Below, in pieces: positions 36,952-48,365 of a DNA stretch of 64,000 nucleotides (positions are counted from its first letter, which is position 1; each line of letters begins with the position of its first letter). Source of the DNA: Terriglobia bacterium (GTDB lineage: Bacteria > Acidobacteriota > Terriglobia > Bryobacterales > UBA6623); assembly GCA_963824095.1 (NCBI GenBank), contig CAWGNS010000008.1, positions 1,231,200-1,295,199 on the forward strand, given 5' to 3'. A model generated the notes under the pieces. The model had not been told where the DNA came from, did not search any database, and was given only the letters and a program-made list of their open reading frames with translations. Made by a program: the position numbers and the translations under genes.

Positions 36952-38082
36952 CTAGTGCGGCAATGCCTCGCGGAAGAATCGCAGCCAGTTGCCGTGGAAG
37001 ATGCCGTCGATATCGGCGTCGCTATAGCCGCGCCCCGACAGGATCCCCTCGAGCTTCTGCATGTCGGCGATCGTATCGAGGTCGGTGGGCGATTGTTCGG
37101 TGCCGAAGCCGCCGTCGAGATCGCTGCCGATCGCCGAATGCCGGGCGCTGCCGGCGAGCTGGCAGACGTAGTCGATGTGGTCGGCGACGTTCGACAGGGT
37201 CGGCCGCGGGCGGTTGGGGTCTTCGCGGCGATAGCCCGGCGCGAGCATCCAGGCGTCGAGCACCGCTCCGATCACGCCGCCGCGCGCGACCACCTGGCGG
37301 ATCTGCTCATCGCTGATCTGGCGGTCGTGAGGCACCAGAGCGCGGGCGTTGCCGTGGCTGATGAACACCGGCCGGGAGTAAATCTCCAGCGCCTGCGCCA
37401 GCGCGGTGTCGGCCGTATGGACCAGATCGAGAATCATCCCCAGCCGGTCGAATTCCTTCAGCAACACGCGGCCCTGCGGCGTCAGCGGACCGTCCCCGCC
37501 GGTCCCCATGGCGTAGGCGCTGGGCCCGTAATGCGCCAGGCAGACCGTGCGCAGCCCTTGCTGCCACCACCATTCGGCCTGTTGCGGATCGACGATCGGG
37601 TCGGCCCCTTCCATGCTGAGGATGTAGCCAATCGGCGCGCCTTTTTCGCCGCCGCCCTGCTCCCACTCGGCCCAAAGGGCGTCGAGCGCGGCTGCATCGC
37701 GGATCATGCGCATCTGTCCCTGCGCTTCGAGCAGCCGGTAGTACGCCAGTTGCCCCTGCGCCGCGGCGCAGGCGATCGTCTGGTTGGCGTAGTCGAGGTC
37801 CTCGCGCAGAATCACCTCGCCATGCGTGCGCTCGCCCGAGGTGCCGAGGTTGCCATCCATCTCGGGAAGGCTGCCCGGCAGAGCGCGGCATAACAGCGTG
37901 GCGAGGCAGACGCCCACGCCGCCGCGGCGCATCTCCGGCAGGCTCACCGTGCAGTTGCCGCGCGACTTGCCGGTCATCCCGGCCTCGCCCGCGCGCAGCT
38001 CGGCGATCGAAAGCAACTGGTCGCGGTCATACGACATCGCGTTCCAGGAAAGATCAAGGTGTGCATCCAAAATCAGTTTCAT
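36952..38082 (-). CDS. Membrane dipeptidase (peptidase M19 family)
   Basis: DAHLD, SMEGAD, ILDLVH, SHGN, IGSDLDG, GNWLRF. Confidence 0.9.
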   Translation of the reverse strand: MKLILDAHLDLSWNAMSYDRDQLLSIAELRAGEAGMTGKSRGNCTVSLPEMRRGGVGVCLATLLCRALPGSLPEMDGNLGTSGERTHGEVILREDLDYANQTIACAAAQGQLAYYRLLEAQGQMRMIRDAAALDALWAEWEQGGGEKGAPIGYILSMEGADPIVDPQQAEWWWQQGLRTVCLAHYGPSAYAMGTGGDGPLTPQGRVLLKEFDRLGMILDLVHTADTALAQALEIYSRPVFISHGNARALVPHDRQISDEQIRQVVARGGVIGAVLDAWMLAPGYRREDPNRPRPTLSNVADHIDYVCQLAGSARHSAIGSDLDGGFGTEQSPTDLDTIADMQKLEGILSGRGYSDADIDGIFHGNWLRFFREALPH

Positions 38083-38416
38083 GAATCATCCAGGCTCAGA
38101 GAGTGCCGGCGCGGCCGGCGGACTCTCCATTATCGAATGAACGGCAAACCGCTGCTGCGAGGAGGGTGCGCCGCCGGAGACCCCCGGCCGCAAGCGGCTG
38201 GGATAGCTGCCGCTAGAGCCTCTGCCCTCGCGCCGCCGCGGCCCGCGGGCTTCCGCCCGCGGCTCTGTTTCCTGAGGTCGAACTCCTCGCCCGTGGAGAA
38301 CATTCTGTGTCTGATCATTCCCGTGTCGTACATTGAGAATGAGGATGCAGCGTGCGGACAGGGACTCCCTCGCCGCTCCCACGACACAGGCAAACGCGCT
38401 CCCGCAACGCACATTG

Positions 38417-39019
38417 ATGATCGAAAACCAGCAGCGCTTCCAGGCCGCCATCGAACGCTTCGACGCCGCCAACGCCGAGGATCCCAACCTCGAGGTTCAC
38501 GACGGAAAAAACTACCCCAAGGAATGGCTCTACGGGCGCCGCATGACCCAGGCTCTCGATCGTCTCGAGCCCGACGCCGACGAGGCCGTCCAACTCGCGG
38601 TTCGCGCGCAGCACATTTGCCGCTGGAAGATCCCGCGCCGCGACTACCCCATGGACCGCGCCGGTTACCGCAAGTGGCGCACCGAACTGGGCCGCTTCCA
38701 CGCCGAGACCGCCGCCAACATCCTGCGCGAAACCGGCTACGGCGAGGCCACCATCGAGCGCGTGCAAGCGCTGCTGCGCAAAGAACGCCTCAAGGCCGAC
38801 CCCGGCACGCAACTGCTCGAGGACGTCATCTGCCTGGTGTTTCTCGAATATTACGCCGCCGAGTTCGTCCAGGATCATGACGAACCCAAGCTGCTCAACA
38901 TCTTCCGCCGCACCTGGAACAAGATGTCGCCGCGCGGGCAGCAAGCCGCGCTCCAGCTCGACCTACCCAGCGCCGTTGGCGAGATCGTCGGGAAAGCCCT
39001 GAGCCCCGCGGAGGGCTGA
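38417..39019 (+). CDS. DUF4202 family protein
   Basis: FDAANAEDP, RAQHICRWKIPR..YP, LEDVICLVFL, TWNKMS. Confidence 0.85.
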   Translation: MIENQQRFQAAIERFDAANAEDPNLEVHDGKNYPKEWLYGRRMTQALDRLEPDADEAVQLAVRAQHICRWKIPRRDYPMDRAGYRKWRTELGRFHAETAANILRETGYGEATIERVQALLRKERLKADPGTQLLEDVICLVFLEYYAAEFVQDHDEPKLLNIFRRTWNKMSPRGQQAALQLDLPSAVGEIVGKALSPAEG

Positions 39020-39025
39020 CGTCCG

Positions 39026-39427
39026 ATGACGACCTTGCAGCGCTACGTGCTGTTTCAGGTCCCCGGCTGGCTCATCGACATCGCCCTGCTGACGGCGGCC
39101 ATCGAATGGTGGAACCTGCCCGTCTGGGTCGCGATCGCCATTTGCGGGCTGCTGCTCGTCAAAGACTTCGTTTTCTATCCGATCCTGCGCGTGGGCTACG
39201 AAACCAAGGAAAAGTCAGGCATCGCAAAGCTGATCGGTGAAACCGCGGTGGTCAAGCAGCGGCTGGATCCAGAAGGATACGTACTGGTCCAAGGCGAACT
39301 GTGGAAAGCCCGCATCGCGGCCCCCAACGCGCCTCTCGACCCCGGAACCCGAGTACGCATAGCGGCCTTCGAAGGCATGCTGCTGCACGTAGAAACGATC
39401 GACGAACCCCGAAGGCAGGGCCGGTGA
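39026..39427 (+). CDS. NfeD-like membrane protein (C-terminal OB fold)
   Basis: Two TM segments, then LIGETAVV..L.PEG.V.VQGELWKA. Confidence 0.82.
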   Translation: MTTLQRYVLFQVPGWLIDIALLTAAIEWWNLPVWVAIAICGLLLVKDFVFYPILRVGYETKEKSGIAKLIGETAVVKQRLDPEGYVLVQGELWKARIAAPNAPLDPGTRVRIAAFEGMLLHVETIDEPRRQGR

Positions 39428-39429
39428 AA

Positions 39430-39591
39430 GTGGGGCAGGGCTCCGGCCTGCCCAAAGACCCCGCGCACTGCCACCGCAGTCGGGGAATCACAGCCATACC
39501 GGCGAATCGCGACCGGCTTCGCACAAACGGCCAACACCCTGCTGCCGAGACAAGGCCCAACCCATCTGGGCAGGCCGGAGGCCTGCCCCAC
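39430..39591. repeat. REPIN-like inverted doublet, GTGG-family variant
   Basis: GTGGGGCAGGGCTCCGGCCTGCCC ... GGGCAGGCCGGAGGCCTGCCCCAC; each arm is self-palindromic; fills the gap between convergent stops. Confidence 0.8.
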
Positions 39592-39600
39592 TGGTTGAGC

Positions 39601-41250
39601 CTACCCCACGGGTTTATAGCCCGGCCCGCGAATGACCTTGCCCGGGTGCGCGCCGGTGTGCGTCCCGTTGTCGATCACCACAACCCCGTTGACGATCACG
39701 TAGGGAATCCCCACCGGGTACTGCTGCGGCTTCTCAAACGTCGCCTTGTCGATCACGGTATCGGGATTGAAAATCGTGACGTCGCCCCAATAGCCTTCCT
39801 TCAACAAGCCGCGGTCACGGATGCTGATCTTGTCGGCGTTCATGTTGGTCATCTTGTGGATCGCTTCGGGCAAGGTGACCACCTTCAGCTCGCGCACATA
39901 GCGCCCCAAAACCCGCGGGAAGGTGCCGTACCAGCGCGGATGCGGGTGCGTCTCACCCCGGGGCCCGTCGGGGCTGATCGCCGAGCCGTCCGAGCCAATC
40001 GAGGTGAACGGCTGTTTCATGGCCAATTGCATGTCGGGTTCGGAGTGATGGAAATATACCGTCGGCACACTGCCGTTCTCTTCCAACAGCAGGTCGAAGA
40101 GCACATCGCACGGATCGCCGCCGCGCGCCGCGATCAACTCGCTCATGCGCTTGCCGGCGAACGGCTTGTTCTTCTCCTGCTTGAACGAAACCAGCAGCAT
40201 GCCCTGCCAGCCGCCGCCGGTCGCGCGGTAGTGGTCGTACCAGTTGGGCAGCCCGTTGAGAATTTCCTTGCTCATGCGCGCGCGCATCGCGGGGTCGCGC
40301 AGCCGCTCCAGCATTTTCGCGTTGCCGCCATCGTGCGCCCAGGGCGGAATGATCGCGCTCAGGTTGTTCTGCCCGGCGGTGTAGGGGTAGACGTTGGCGC
40401 GAATGTCGTAGCCCTCCTCGCGCGCCTTGCGGATCATCGCCACGACCTCGTTCATCTGCCCCCAGAAGGCCTTATCGGCGATCTTGAGGTGGATGATATC
40501 GACGCGGATGTTCGCTCCTTTGCCGACGTTGATGGCTTCCTCCACCGACCGGAACACGCCTGCGCCTTCGTCGCGAATGTGCGACGAGTAGATGCCGCCG
40601 TGCTGTTTGGCGACCTTGGCCAGCTCGACCAACTGTGCGGTGGTGACCAGGTTCGACGGCGGCATCAGCAGCGAGGTCGAAAGCCCCATCGCCCCTTCGA
40701 GCATGGCTTTGTCGATCTGCTGCTTCATCGCCTCGATCTCGCCGTCGGTCGCCGGCTTCATCGCCTCGCCCTTGACGTAGGTCCAGACCTGCGTTTCGCC
40801 GACGTAAGAGCAAATGTTCGTCGAGGCGGGATGTTGGGTGACGTAGTCGAAATAGCCGCCGAGCGTCTTCCAGGGGTGCTTCCCCGACTTGTCCGGCCCG
40901 GCCGAGGCGCCCTCGCCGAGCACCATGGTCGTGACGCCCTGGCGGATCATGCTTTCGCAATTAGGCTCATCAATCAGCGTGTAATCGGAGTGGTTGTGCA
41001 TGTCGATGAAGCCGGGAGCCACGGCAAGGCCCGCGGCGTCGATGGTGCGCGCCGCCGTGGCCCCGCTCAGATCGCCGACCGCGGCAATCTTGCCGTCGCG
41101 AATGCCGACGTCCGCGCGCCGGCCATCGGCGCCCGTGCCGTCATAGACGGTGCCATGCACTACCAACAAATCGAACCGCTGCTGCGCCGGGGCAACCATT
41201 GCCGCCAGCAGCGCCGATAGCGCAAAAAACCAACGAAGATGCCGCATCAT
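39601..41250 (-). CDS. Exported N-acyl-D-amino-acid deacylase (D-aminoacylase, amidohydrolase)
   Basis: PGFIDMHNHSD, HIRDEG, IGSDG, HPRWYGTFPRVL; signal peptide. Confidence 0.9.
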   Translation of the reverse strand: MMRHLRWFFALSALLAAMVAPAQQRFDLLVVHGTVYDGTGADGRRADVGIRDGKIAAVGDLSGATAARTIDAAGLAVAPGFIDMHNHSDYTLIDEPNCESMIRQGVTTMVLGEGASAGPDKSGKHPWKTLGGYFDYVTQHPASTNICSYVGETQVWTYVKGEAMKPATDGEIEAMKQQIDKAMLEGAMGLSTSLLMPPSNLVTTAQLVELAKVAKQHGGIYSSHIRDEGAGVFRSVEEAINVGKGANIRVDIIHLKIADKAFWGQMNEVVAMIRKAREEGYDIRANVYPYTAGQNNLSAIIPPWAHDGGNAKMLERLRDPAMRARMSKEILNGLPNWYDHYRATGGGWQGMLLVSFKQEKNKPFAGKRMSELIAARGGDPCDVLFDLLLEENGSVPTVYFHHSEPDMQLAMKQPFTSIGSDGSAISPDGPRGETHPHPRWYGTFPRVLGRYVRELKVVTLPEAIHKMTNMNADKISIRDRGLLKEGYWGDVTIFNPDTVIDKATFEKPQQYPVGIPYVIVNGVVVIDNGTHTGAHPGKVIRGPGYKPVG

Positions 41251-41306
41251 GAAACCTCGGCAAACATTGTAGCGTTTCGAGCGGACCCAGGCTGTCGCAA
41301 GATCCC

Positions 41307-41474
41307 GTAGTGCAGCGCTGGTGCTTTTCCAGACCTGCGGTTTTTGGGGCCCAGTCTCATCGGGCACCAGGCGTCATGACGTCGAGGTGCCATCAGGAGC
41401 CCAGGGATTATCAGCGGCATCCCCGGCCGTTGTTAAGGCCGCAGGTCTGGGAAATACGCCCAACCCTGCGCTAC
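41307..41474. repeat. REPIN-like inverted doublet, GTAG family, copy 2
   Basis: GTAGTGCAGCGCTGGTGCTTTTCCAGACCTGCGG ... CCGCAGGTCTGGGAAATACGCCCAACCCTGCGCTAC. Confidence 0.8.
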
Positions 41475-41528
41475 GGGGCTTCCGCATGCGGATATCATGG
41501 ACTCTTACTCCGCTCCAGCGCCGATTCC

Positions 41529-43838
41529 ATGCCGCCCGCAGCACCCGCAAAAGTCGCCAGTATCCTGTTCGGCGCCGCACTCACCGTCACCGTTGCCTAC
41601 CTGCTAGGCCGGCTCTGGCAGCGCCTTTTTCGCGAACGGCTCGGCGGCCTGACCCCCACCGAAGTGCGGCTGTTCGCCTTCGCCGTCGGCGCCGCCTGCC
41701 TCAGCAATCTGATTTTTCTGCTCAGCGCGGCCCGGCTGGCCTACGACGCCACGTTCGTCGCGCTGGCCGTGCTGACCTTCGCGGCGGCGTGGCGCTGGCG
41801 CGAGCCGCTGCCTTCGCGGCGGGCTTTCGAGATCGAGCCCAACCAGCGAATCGTCTGGACATCGCTGCTCCTGCTGGTCATCGCCGTCTACGGCTACCTC
41901 TACCTCGCCCATGCCCTGGCCCCGGAAACGCGCTCCGACGGTTTCGGCTATCACCTCGGCCTCGTGCGGCGCTACCAGAACGAGCACGGTTTCGTCCCCA
42001 TCGTCACGAGCTTCTACGCCTCGTTCACGCAAGGGGCCGAGATGCTCTACCTGTTCGCCTATTCGTTTGGGCGCCATTCCGCCGCCAAGCTGGTCCATTT
42101 CAGCTTCTTCGTGGCCTTGCTGGCGGCCATGCTGTCGTTCGCCCGGCGGCACGGCGTCTGGCGCGCGGGCGTCGCCGCAGTGATCCTGTTCGCCTGCTCG
42201 CCGGTCGTCGTGCCCGACGCCACCAGCAGCTACAACGACTGCGCGCTCGCATTCTACGAGTTCCTGCTTTTCTACGGCCTGCTGTTGTGGTGGCGCGACC
42301 GCGAATCGATTCGCCTGCCGACGCTCGGCGTGCTGGCGGGCTTCTGCTTCGCCCTGAAATACACCGGGGGCGTCGCCGTGCTGGCCCTGCTGCCGCTGGT
42401 GTGCTGGAAATCGGCGCGCGATTCACGGCGCTGGAGCTCGGTGTGGCGGCCGGCCGCGATCACGGCGGCGGCAGCGGCGTGTTTCGTCGCTCCCTGGCTC
42501 ATCAAGAACGCCATCTTCACCGGCGACCCCGTAGCGCCCTTTTTCAACAACATTTTTCCCAACCCGCATTTCACGCTGGGCTGGGAAACCGCCTACCGCG
42601 CCTATTTCCGGAACTACGCGCATCCTCCGGAATCGTACCCCTGGTACAGCTACCCGCTCGATCTGACCGTGCGTGGACTGCGCCTGGGCGGGTTGACCGG
42701 CCCGATTTTCCTGCTCACGCCGTTCGCCCTGTTCGCCTGGAGGAAGCCCGCGGGCAAGGCGCTGCTGGCCGCCGCCGGCGTTTCGTTTCTGCCGTGGTTT
42801 GGCAACGCCGGCACGCGCTTTCTGATCCCGACTCTGGTGTTCGTGTCGCTGGCGCTAGGGCTGGCCTTGCTTTCCCTGCCCTCGCGCTGGGCCGCCGTGC
42901 TGGGCTGCGCGGCCTTGCTGGCCCACGCGGCCAGTTCCTGGCCCGCCGTCCTGCCGCACTGGGCCGGCGGCGTCTGGTCGGTTGTCGGCGTCCCCTGGAA
43001 AGCCGCCTTGCGGATTCAACCCGAACGCGAGTACCTGCTCGCCAACGTTCCCCACTACCTCGTGGCGGAAGTCATCGAGGCCGAAGTCAAACCGCCGGGC
43101 CGCGTGTTTTCCCTGACGCCGCTTCCCGAAGCCTACTTCGACGCCGAGGTGCTCATCTCCTACCAGGCCAGGCTCAACGAAGAGCTCGTCGAAGACCTGA
43201 AAACGGCGGTCGAGCCGGATCTCTGGCCTTGCCGTCAACGGCGGCTTGACTGGGGGCCGCGCAAGTTGCGCGGCTTTCGCATCGTCCAGCTCAACGAGCA
43301 CGACAGCCCTTGGATCCTGTCGGAAATCCGCTTCCTCAACCAGCAGGGACCCATCCCCACCGGCCCGAACTGGCAAATATCGAGCCAGGCGCGCCCCTGG
43401 CAAACCGGCCGCCTGCTCGACGGCGATCCGCTCACGTCGTGGAACTCCTGGGAATCTCTGCGCAAGGGAATGTGGATCGAGGTGCGCTTCGCCGAGCCAA
43501 TGACGCTCTCGGGCGCGGAGCTGCTCTACCCCTGGGGGCAGCACTTCGTCGACTTCCAGTATCTCGGGCTCGACGACGGCGACAAGTGGGAACCCCTGCA
43601 GGTGCGCTCCCAACAGAGCCGGCTGCCCTTCGACCCACACGGGCTGAAAAAATGGGCCGTGCGGCAGCTCGCTGCGCACGGCGTCCAACTGCTGGTCACC
43701 GACCTCGAAGGCGGCGGATACAATTATCTCGCGCCGCTGATCGAGAAGGACCCCGGCTCCTGGGGATTGGAGGAAATTGCTCGCGACGGGCCGGTGCGCG
43801 TCTACCGCCTGCTCGAGAAGGAACTCAGTCCTCGTTGA
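41529..43838 (+). CDS. Polytopic GT-C (ArnT/PMT-like) membrane glycosyltransferase with C-terminal discoidin-like domain
   Basis: Many TM helices, D...YHL, KYTG, PWLIKN..TGDPVAP, RF motifs; soluble tail LLDGDPLTSW...WIEVRF. Confidence 0.7.
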   Translation: MPPAAPAKVASILFGAALTVTVAYLLGRLWQRLFRERLGGLTPTEVRLFAFAVGAACLSNLIFLLSAARLAYDATFVALAVLTFAAAWRWREPLPSRRAFEIEPNQRIVWTSLLLLVIAVYGYLYLAHALAPETRSDGFGYHLGLVRRYQNEHGFVPIVTSFYASFTQGAEMLYLFAYSFGRHSAAKLVHFSFFVALLAAMLSFARRHGVWRAGVAAVILFACSPVVVPDATSSYNDCALAFYEFLLFYGLLLWWRDRESIRLPTLGVLAGFCFALKYTGGVAVLALLPLVCWKSARDSRRWSSVWRPAAITAAAAACFVAPWLIKNAIFTGDPVAPFFNNIFPNPHFTLGWETAYRAYFRNYAHPPESYPWYSYPLDLTVRGLRLGGLTGPIFLLTPFALFAWRKPAGKALLAAAGVSFLPWFGNAGTRFLIPTLVFVSLALGLALLSLPSRWAAVLGCAALLAHAASSWPAVLPHWAGGVWSVVGVPWKAALRIQPEREYLLANVPHYLVAEVIEAEVKPPGRVFSLTPLPEAYFDAEVLISYQARLNEELVEDLKTAVEPDLWPCRQRRLDWGPRKLRGFRIVQLNEHDSPWILSEIRFLNQQGPIPTGPNWQISSQARPWQTGRLLDGDPLTSWNSWESLRKGMWIEVRFAEPMTLSGAELLYPWGQHFVDFQYLGLDDGDKWEPLQVRSQQSRLPFDPHGLKKWAVRQLAAHGVQLLVTDLEGGGYNYLAPLIEKDPGSWGLEEIARDGPVRVYRLLEKELSPR

Positions 43839-45171
43839 AGTCCGTCACGACGAACTTCAGCTCGAAGGCGCGGTGGATCAGATCGGGAGTTAGCGCGTAG
43901 GACAGCTTCTCGAAGCTGATCAGATCGATCGCGATGCTGATCACGTCGCGTGGATGGCAGCGCCGGAAGCGGCGGTCTCTCTGCTTGTATTGCAGGTCGA
44001 TGACTTCGGTCAGCAGGCCCATCGGGCACTCGATGTTCATCTTGCGGCAGTAGTCGTAGAAGATCGAAGCGAACTCCTCTTCGCTCGGATTCTTCATGAA
44101 CATCTTGTATTCGAGCCGGCGTAGAAACGCTTCGTCGCCAAGGTCGTTGGGGTTGAGGTTCGATGAAAAGATCAGGAAGCATTCGAAGGGAACTTCGATC
44201 TTCGTACCGGTGTTGAAGGTCAGGTAGTCTTTGCCGCGGTCGAGCGGATAAATCCAGCGGTTCAACAACTCGGCGGGCGTGATCTGCTGCCGGCCGAAGT
44301 CGTCGATGAGGTACATGCCGTTGTTGGCCTTGAGTTGGTAGGGCGCATCGTAGATCTTCGCCGAATCGATGTACATCAAATCCAGCATCTCGAGCGTCAG
44401 CTCGCCGCCGGTGGTGATGAACGGGCGGCGGCAGCGCGCCCAGCGCTGGTCGTATTTCGGCTCGCTGGAAACCAGTACGCTCTCCTCTTCGTCCTCGACC
44501 TTGTGGTGGTAGAGCGAGTCGAAGACCTTGATGATCTGGCCTTCGGCCTCGATCACGTACGGGATATAGATCGGCTCGGTCTTGGTGCGCTGCAACTGCT
44601 CGGCCAGGAAGCTTTTGCCGTTGCCCGGCTTGCCGTAGATCAGCAGCGACTTGAACGAATTCACCGCCGGCCCCAGGGAATTGAAAAACTCGTCCGTCGT
44701 GATTGCCTCGCCGAAGGCTTCCTCCAGCACGTCGCGCGTAACCCAGCCGGCTTCGACCTTCTGCCTACGCACCGCCTCGACATAGTTCTTGAGCGGGACG
44801 GGAGCCGGCCCCAGGAACTGGTTCGATTCGAGATATTCCTTGGCGCGGTTGCGGCCCACATCCGATACGGCGAACACTGCGGAAACCGTGCCTATTCCCG
44901 ACGAACGCTTCACCTCGACCAGCCGGCCGCGTTTGAGGAATTCGAGCACCGGCTCGATCACGCTGAACCGCAGCCCCAGAACCCGGGACAGATCGCGGCC
45001 CGAAACCTCGCCGCGAAAATAGAGATTCTTCAGAACAAGCTGCTCGATGAGCGAAGCGGAAAGACCCGCCTCCTCGATCGAGTTCGGCGGCCGTGGCGTG
45101 AACTGGTCACGCGAAAGGTATTCATCGGTCGCGGGCAAGGCGGAGGAAGTCTCTAGCGTGTCCTGGTGCAT
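43825..45171 (-). CDS. Uncharacterised AAA+ ATPase with N-terminal winged-helix-like region
   Basis: Walker A GKPGNGKS, Walker B YLIDDFGRQ, DEAFLRR arginine finger. Confidence 0.85.
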   Translation of the reverse strand: MHQDTLETSSALPATDEYLSRDQFTPRPPNSIEEAGLSASLIEQLVLKNLYFRGEVSGRDLSRVLGLRFSVIEPVLEFLKRGRLVEVKRSSGIGTVSAVFAVSDVGRNRAKEYLESNQFLGPAPVPLKNYVEAVRRQKVEAGWVTRDVLEEAFGEAITTDEFFNSLGPAVNSFKSLLIYGKPGNGKSFLAEQLQRTKTEPIYIPYVIEAEGQIIKVFDSLYHHKVEDEEESVLVSSEPKYDQRWARCRRPFITTGGELTLEMLDLMYIDSAKIYDAPYQLKANNGMYLIDDFGRQQITPAELLNRWIYPLDRGKDYLTFNTGTKIEVPFECFLIFSSNLNPNDLGDEAFLRRLEYKMFMKNPSEEEFASIFYDYCRKMNIECPMGLLTEVIDLQYKQRDRRFRRCHPRDVISIAIDLISFEKLSYALTPDLIHRAFELKFVVTDFNED

Positions 45172-45233
45172 AGCAACCCCAGTTATTATGGCCAGCCGAT
45201 CGCGAGACCCGACACCAGGGAAGTCCCGCATTG

Positions 45234-45274
45234 GGGTGGAGATCTACCCTTAGGCGCCTAAGGAAATTCCCTAG
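45234..45274. promoter_or_regulatory. Cluster of overlapping palindromes upstream of the AAA ATPase (candidate operator)
   Basis: Perfect 16-bp CCTTAGGCGCCTAAGG (45248-45263) flanked by imperfect GGGTGGAGATCTACCC and CTAAGGAAATTCCCTAG. Confidence 0.45.
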
Positions 45275-45324
45275 AACGAACCTTGGGCAGTAGACACTAC
45301 CGCTGGGGCCGCGAGACAGGTGAG

Positions 45325-47076
<1,752 letters not shown>

Positions 47077-47114
47077 CGGTGCCTCCGGTCGGTTGTTTGG
47101 AAAAGGTGGGCCGC

Positions 47115-48125
47115 CTAGAGCGTAAACTCGTGCTGCTTGCGATGGTGCGGACCGTCAAACTGCTGGGTCGACTTGAACAACTCGTGGCGGCCGTCGCCGG
47201 CTTCGGGCTCGGCCAGGGCGAGCAACTTCGTCTTGTCCGGGTCCGACATCGGCTTGAAGTCGCGGCCGATGGCGATTTCCTGTTTCAGCTCGTCCATCGA
47301 AAGCACTCCGACCACCAGGCTCGAAACCGGCAGGCTCAGCGCGTAGCGCCGGCATTCCTCGGCCGTGATTTTCGTAACGGTGGGGATGCGGCCCTTGGGC
47401 GAGCCGCCGGCAAAGCTCTTCATGCCGATCACCCCGACGTTCGACTTCAGGCACTCCGGCACGACTTGCTTCTGGAAGCTGCGGTAGAACGCGTCCATCA
47501 CGTTGATGGGCATCTGCGCCGTGGCCCAGTCGTAAGGCTTCTGCAGCATCTTGAGGTGGATGCGGGGATCCTTGTGGCCGGTGAAGCCGATATAGCGCAC
47601 CTTACCCTCTTTTTGCGCTTCGAGCGCCGCTTTGATGCCGCCCTTGTCGAAGACCCAGTCCGGGTCGTTGTCGTAAACCATCTCGTGGAACTGCCACAGG
47701 TCGAGGTAGTCGGTCTTGAGGCGGCGCAGACTGTCGTCGAGACAGCGCTTGGTGCCTTCGTAGTCGCGCTCGCAATTTTTGGTCATCAAAAAGACCTTCT
47801 TGCGATAACCTTCCTGCGACAGCGCACGTCCCATGATTTCTTCGGCGGCGCCATCGTGGTAGTCCCAGCAGTTGTCGAAGAAGGTCATGCCCTCGTCAAC
47901 GGCGGCGTGCATGATGCGGATCGCTTCGGGCTTATCCGGGACCGCACCGATGTGCCAACCGCCCAGGGCCAGGATGGAAACCTGCTCGTTGGTGCGGCCC
48001 AGCTTGCGGGTCGGCAGCCCGTTGGAGCCCGGCTGCTGCGCCAGGGCTTTCTGCGCCAATGAGGCGGCCATGGCACTGCCGAACAGGGCCCGGAAAAAGC
48101 TGCGGCGTGAGCTTTCTGATGACAT
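47115..48125 (-). CDS. Tat-exported aldo/keto reductase
   Basis: SRRSFF Tat motif, FFDNCWDY, SLRRLKTDYLDL, GKVRYIGFTGH. Confidence 0.88.
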   Translation of the reverse strand: MSSESSRRSFFRALFGSAMAASLAQKALAQQPGSNGLPTRKLGRTNEQVSILALGGWHIGAVPDKPEAIRIMHAAVDEGMTFFDNCWDYHDGAAEEIMGRALSQEGYRKKVFLMTKNCERDYEGTKRCLDDSLRRLKTDYLDLWQFHEMVYDNDPDWVFDKGGIKAALEAQKEGKVRYIGFTGHKDPRIHLKMLQKPYDWATAQMPINVMDAFYRSFQKQVVPECLKSNVGVIGMKSFAGGSPKGRIPTVTKITAEECRRYALSLPVSSLVVGVLSMDELKQEIAIGRDFKPMSDPDKTKLLALAEPEAGDGRHELFKSTQQFDGPHHRKQHEFTL

Positions 48126-48365
48126 GAGCACCTCTCGGGGTGGGAATGGTCTCCATTCTAACTCAGGCGTCGAAATTCGCGGCTCAGCCATTACGATGCC
48201 GCAGCCATGCGGCGGCTGCTAGGATAAGGCAACCGCCGAGGCTTATACCGCGCCGTTGTGGACCGCTCGCTCGCTGTTGGACGGCATCCGGTTGTTGCGC
48301 GACGCCGGGTTGCCCGACGACGCCAAGCGCGCCGAAGCAAAAAGCTCCAGCCTTCCCTACATCTC

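Noticed and set aside
38142..38212. GGCAAACC...GATAGCTGCCG resembling a c-di-GMP-I riboswitch
   Set aside because: Lacks the conserved GCAAAG junction and a convincing second stem.
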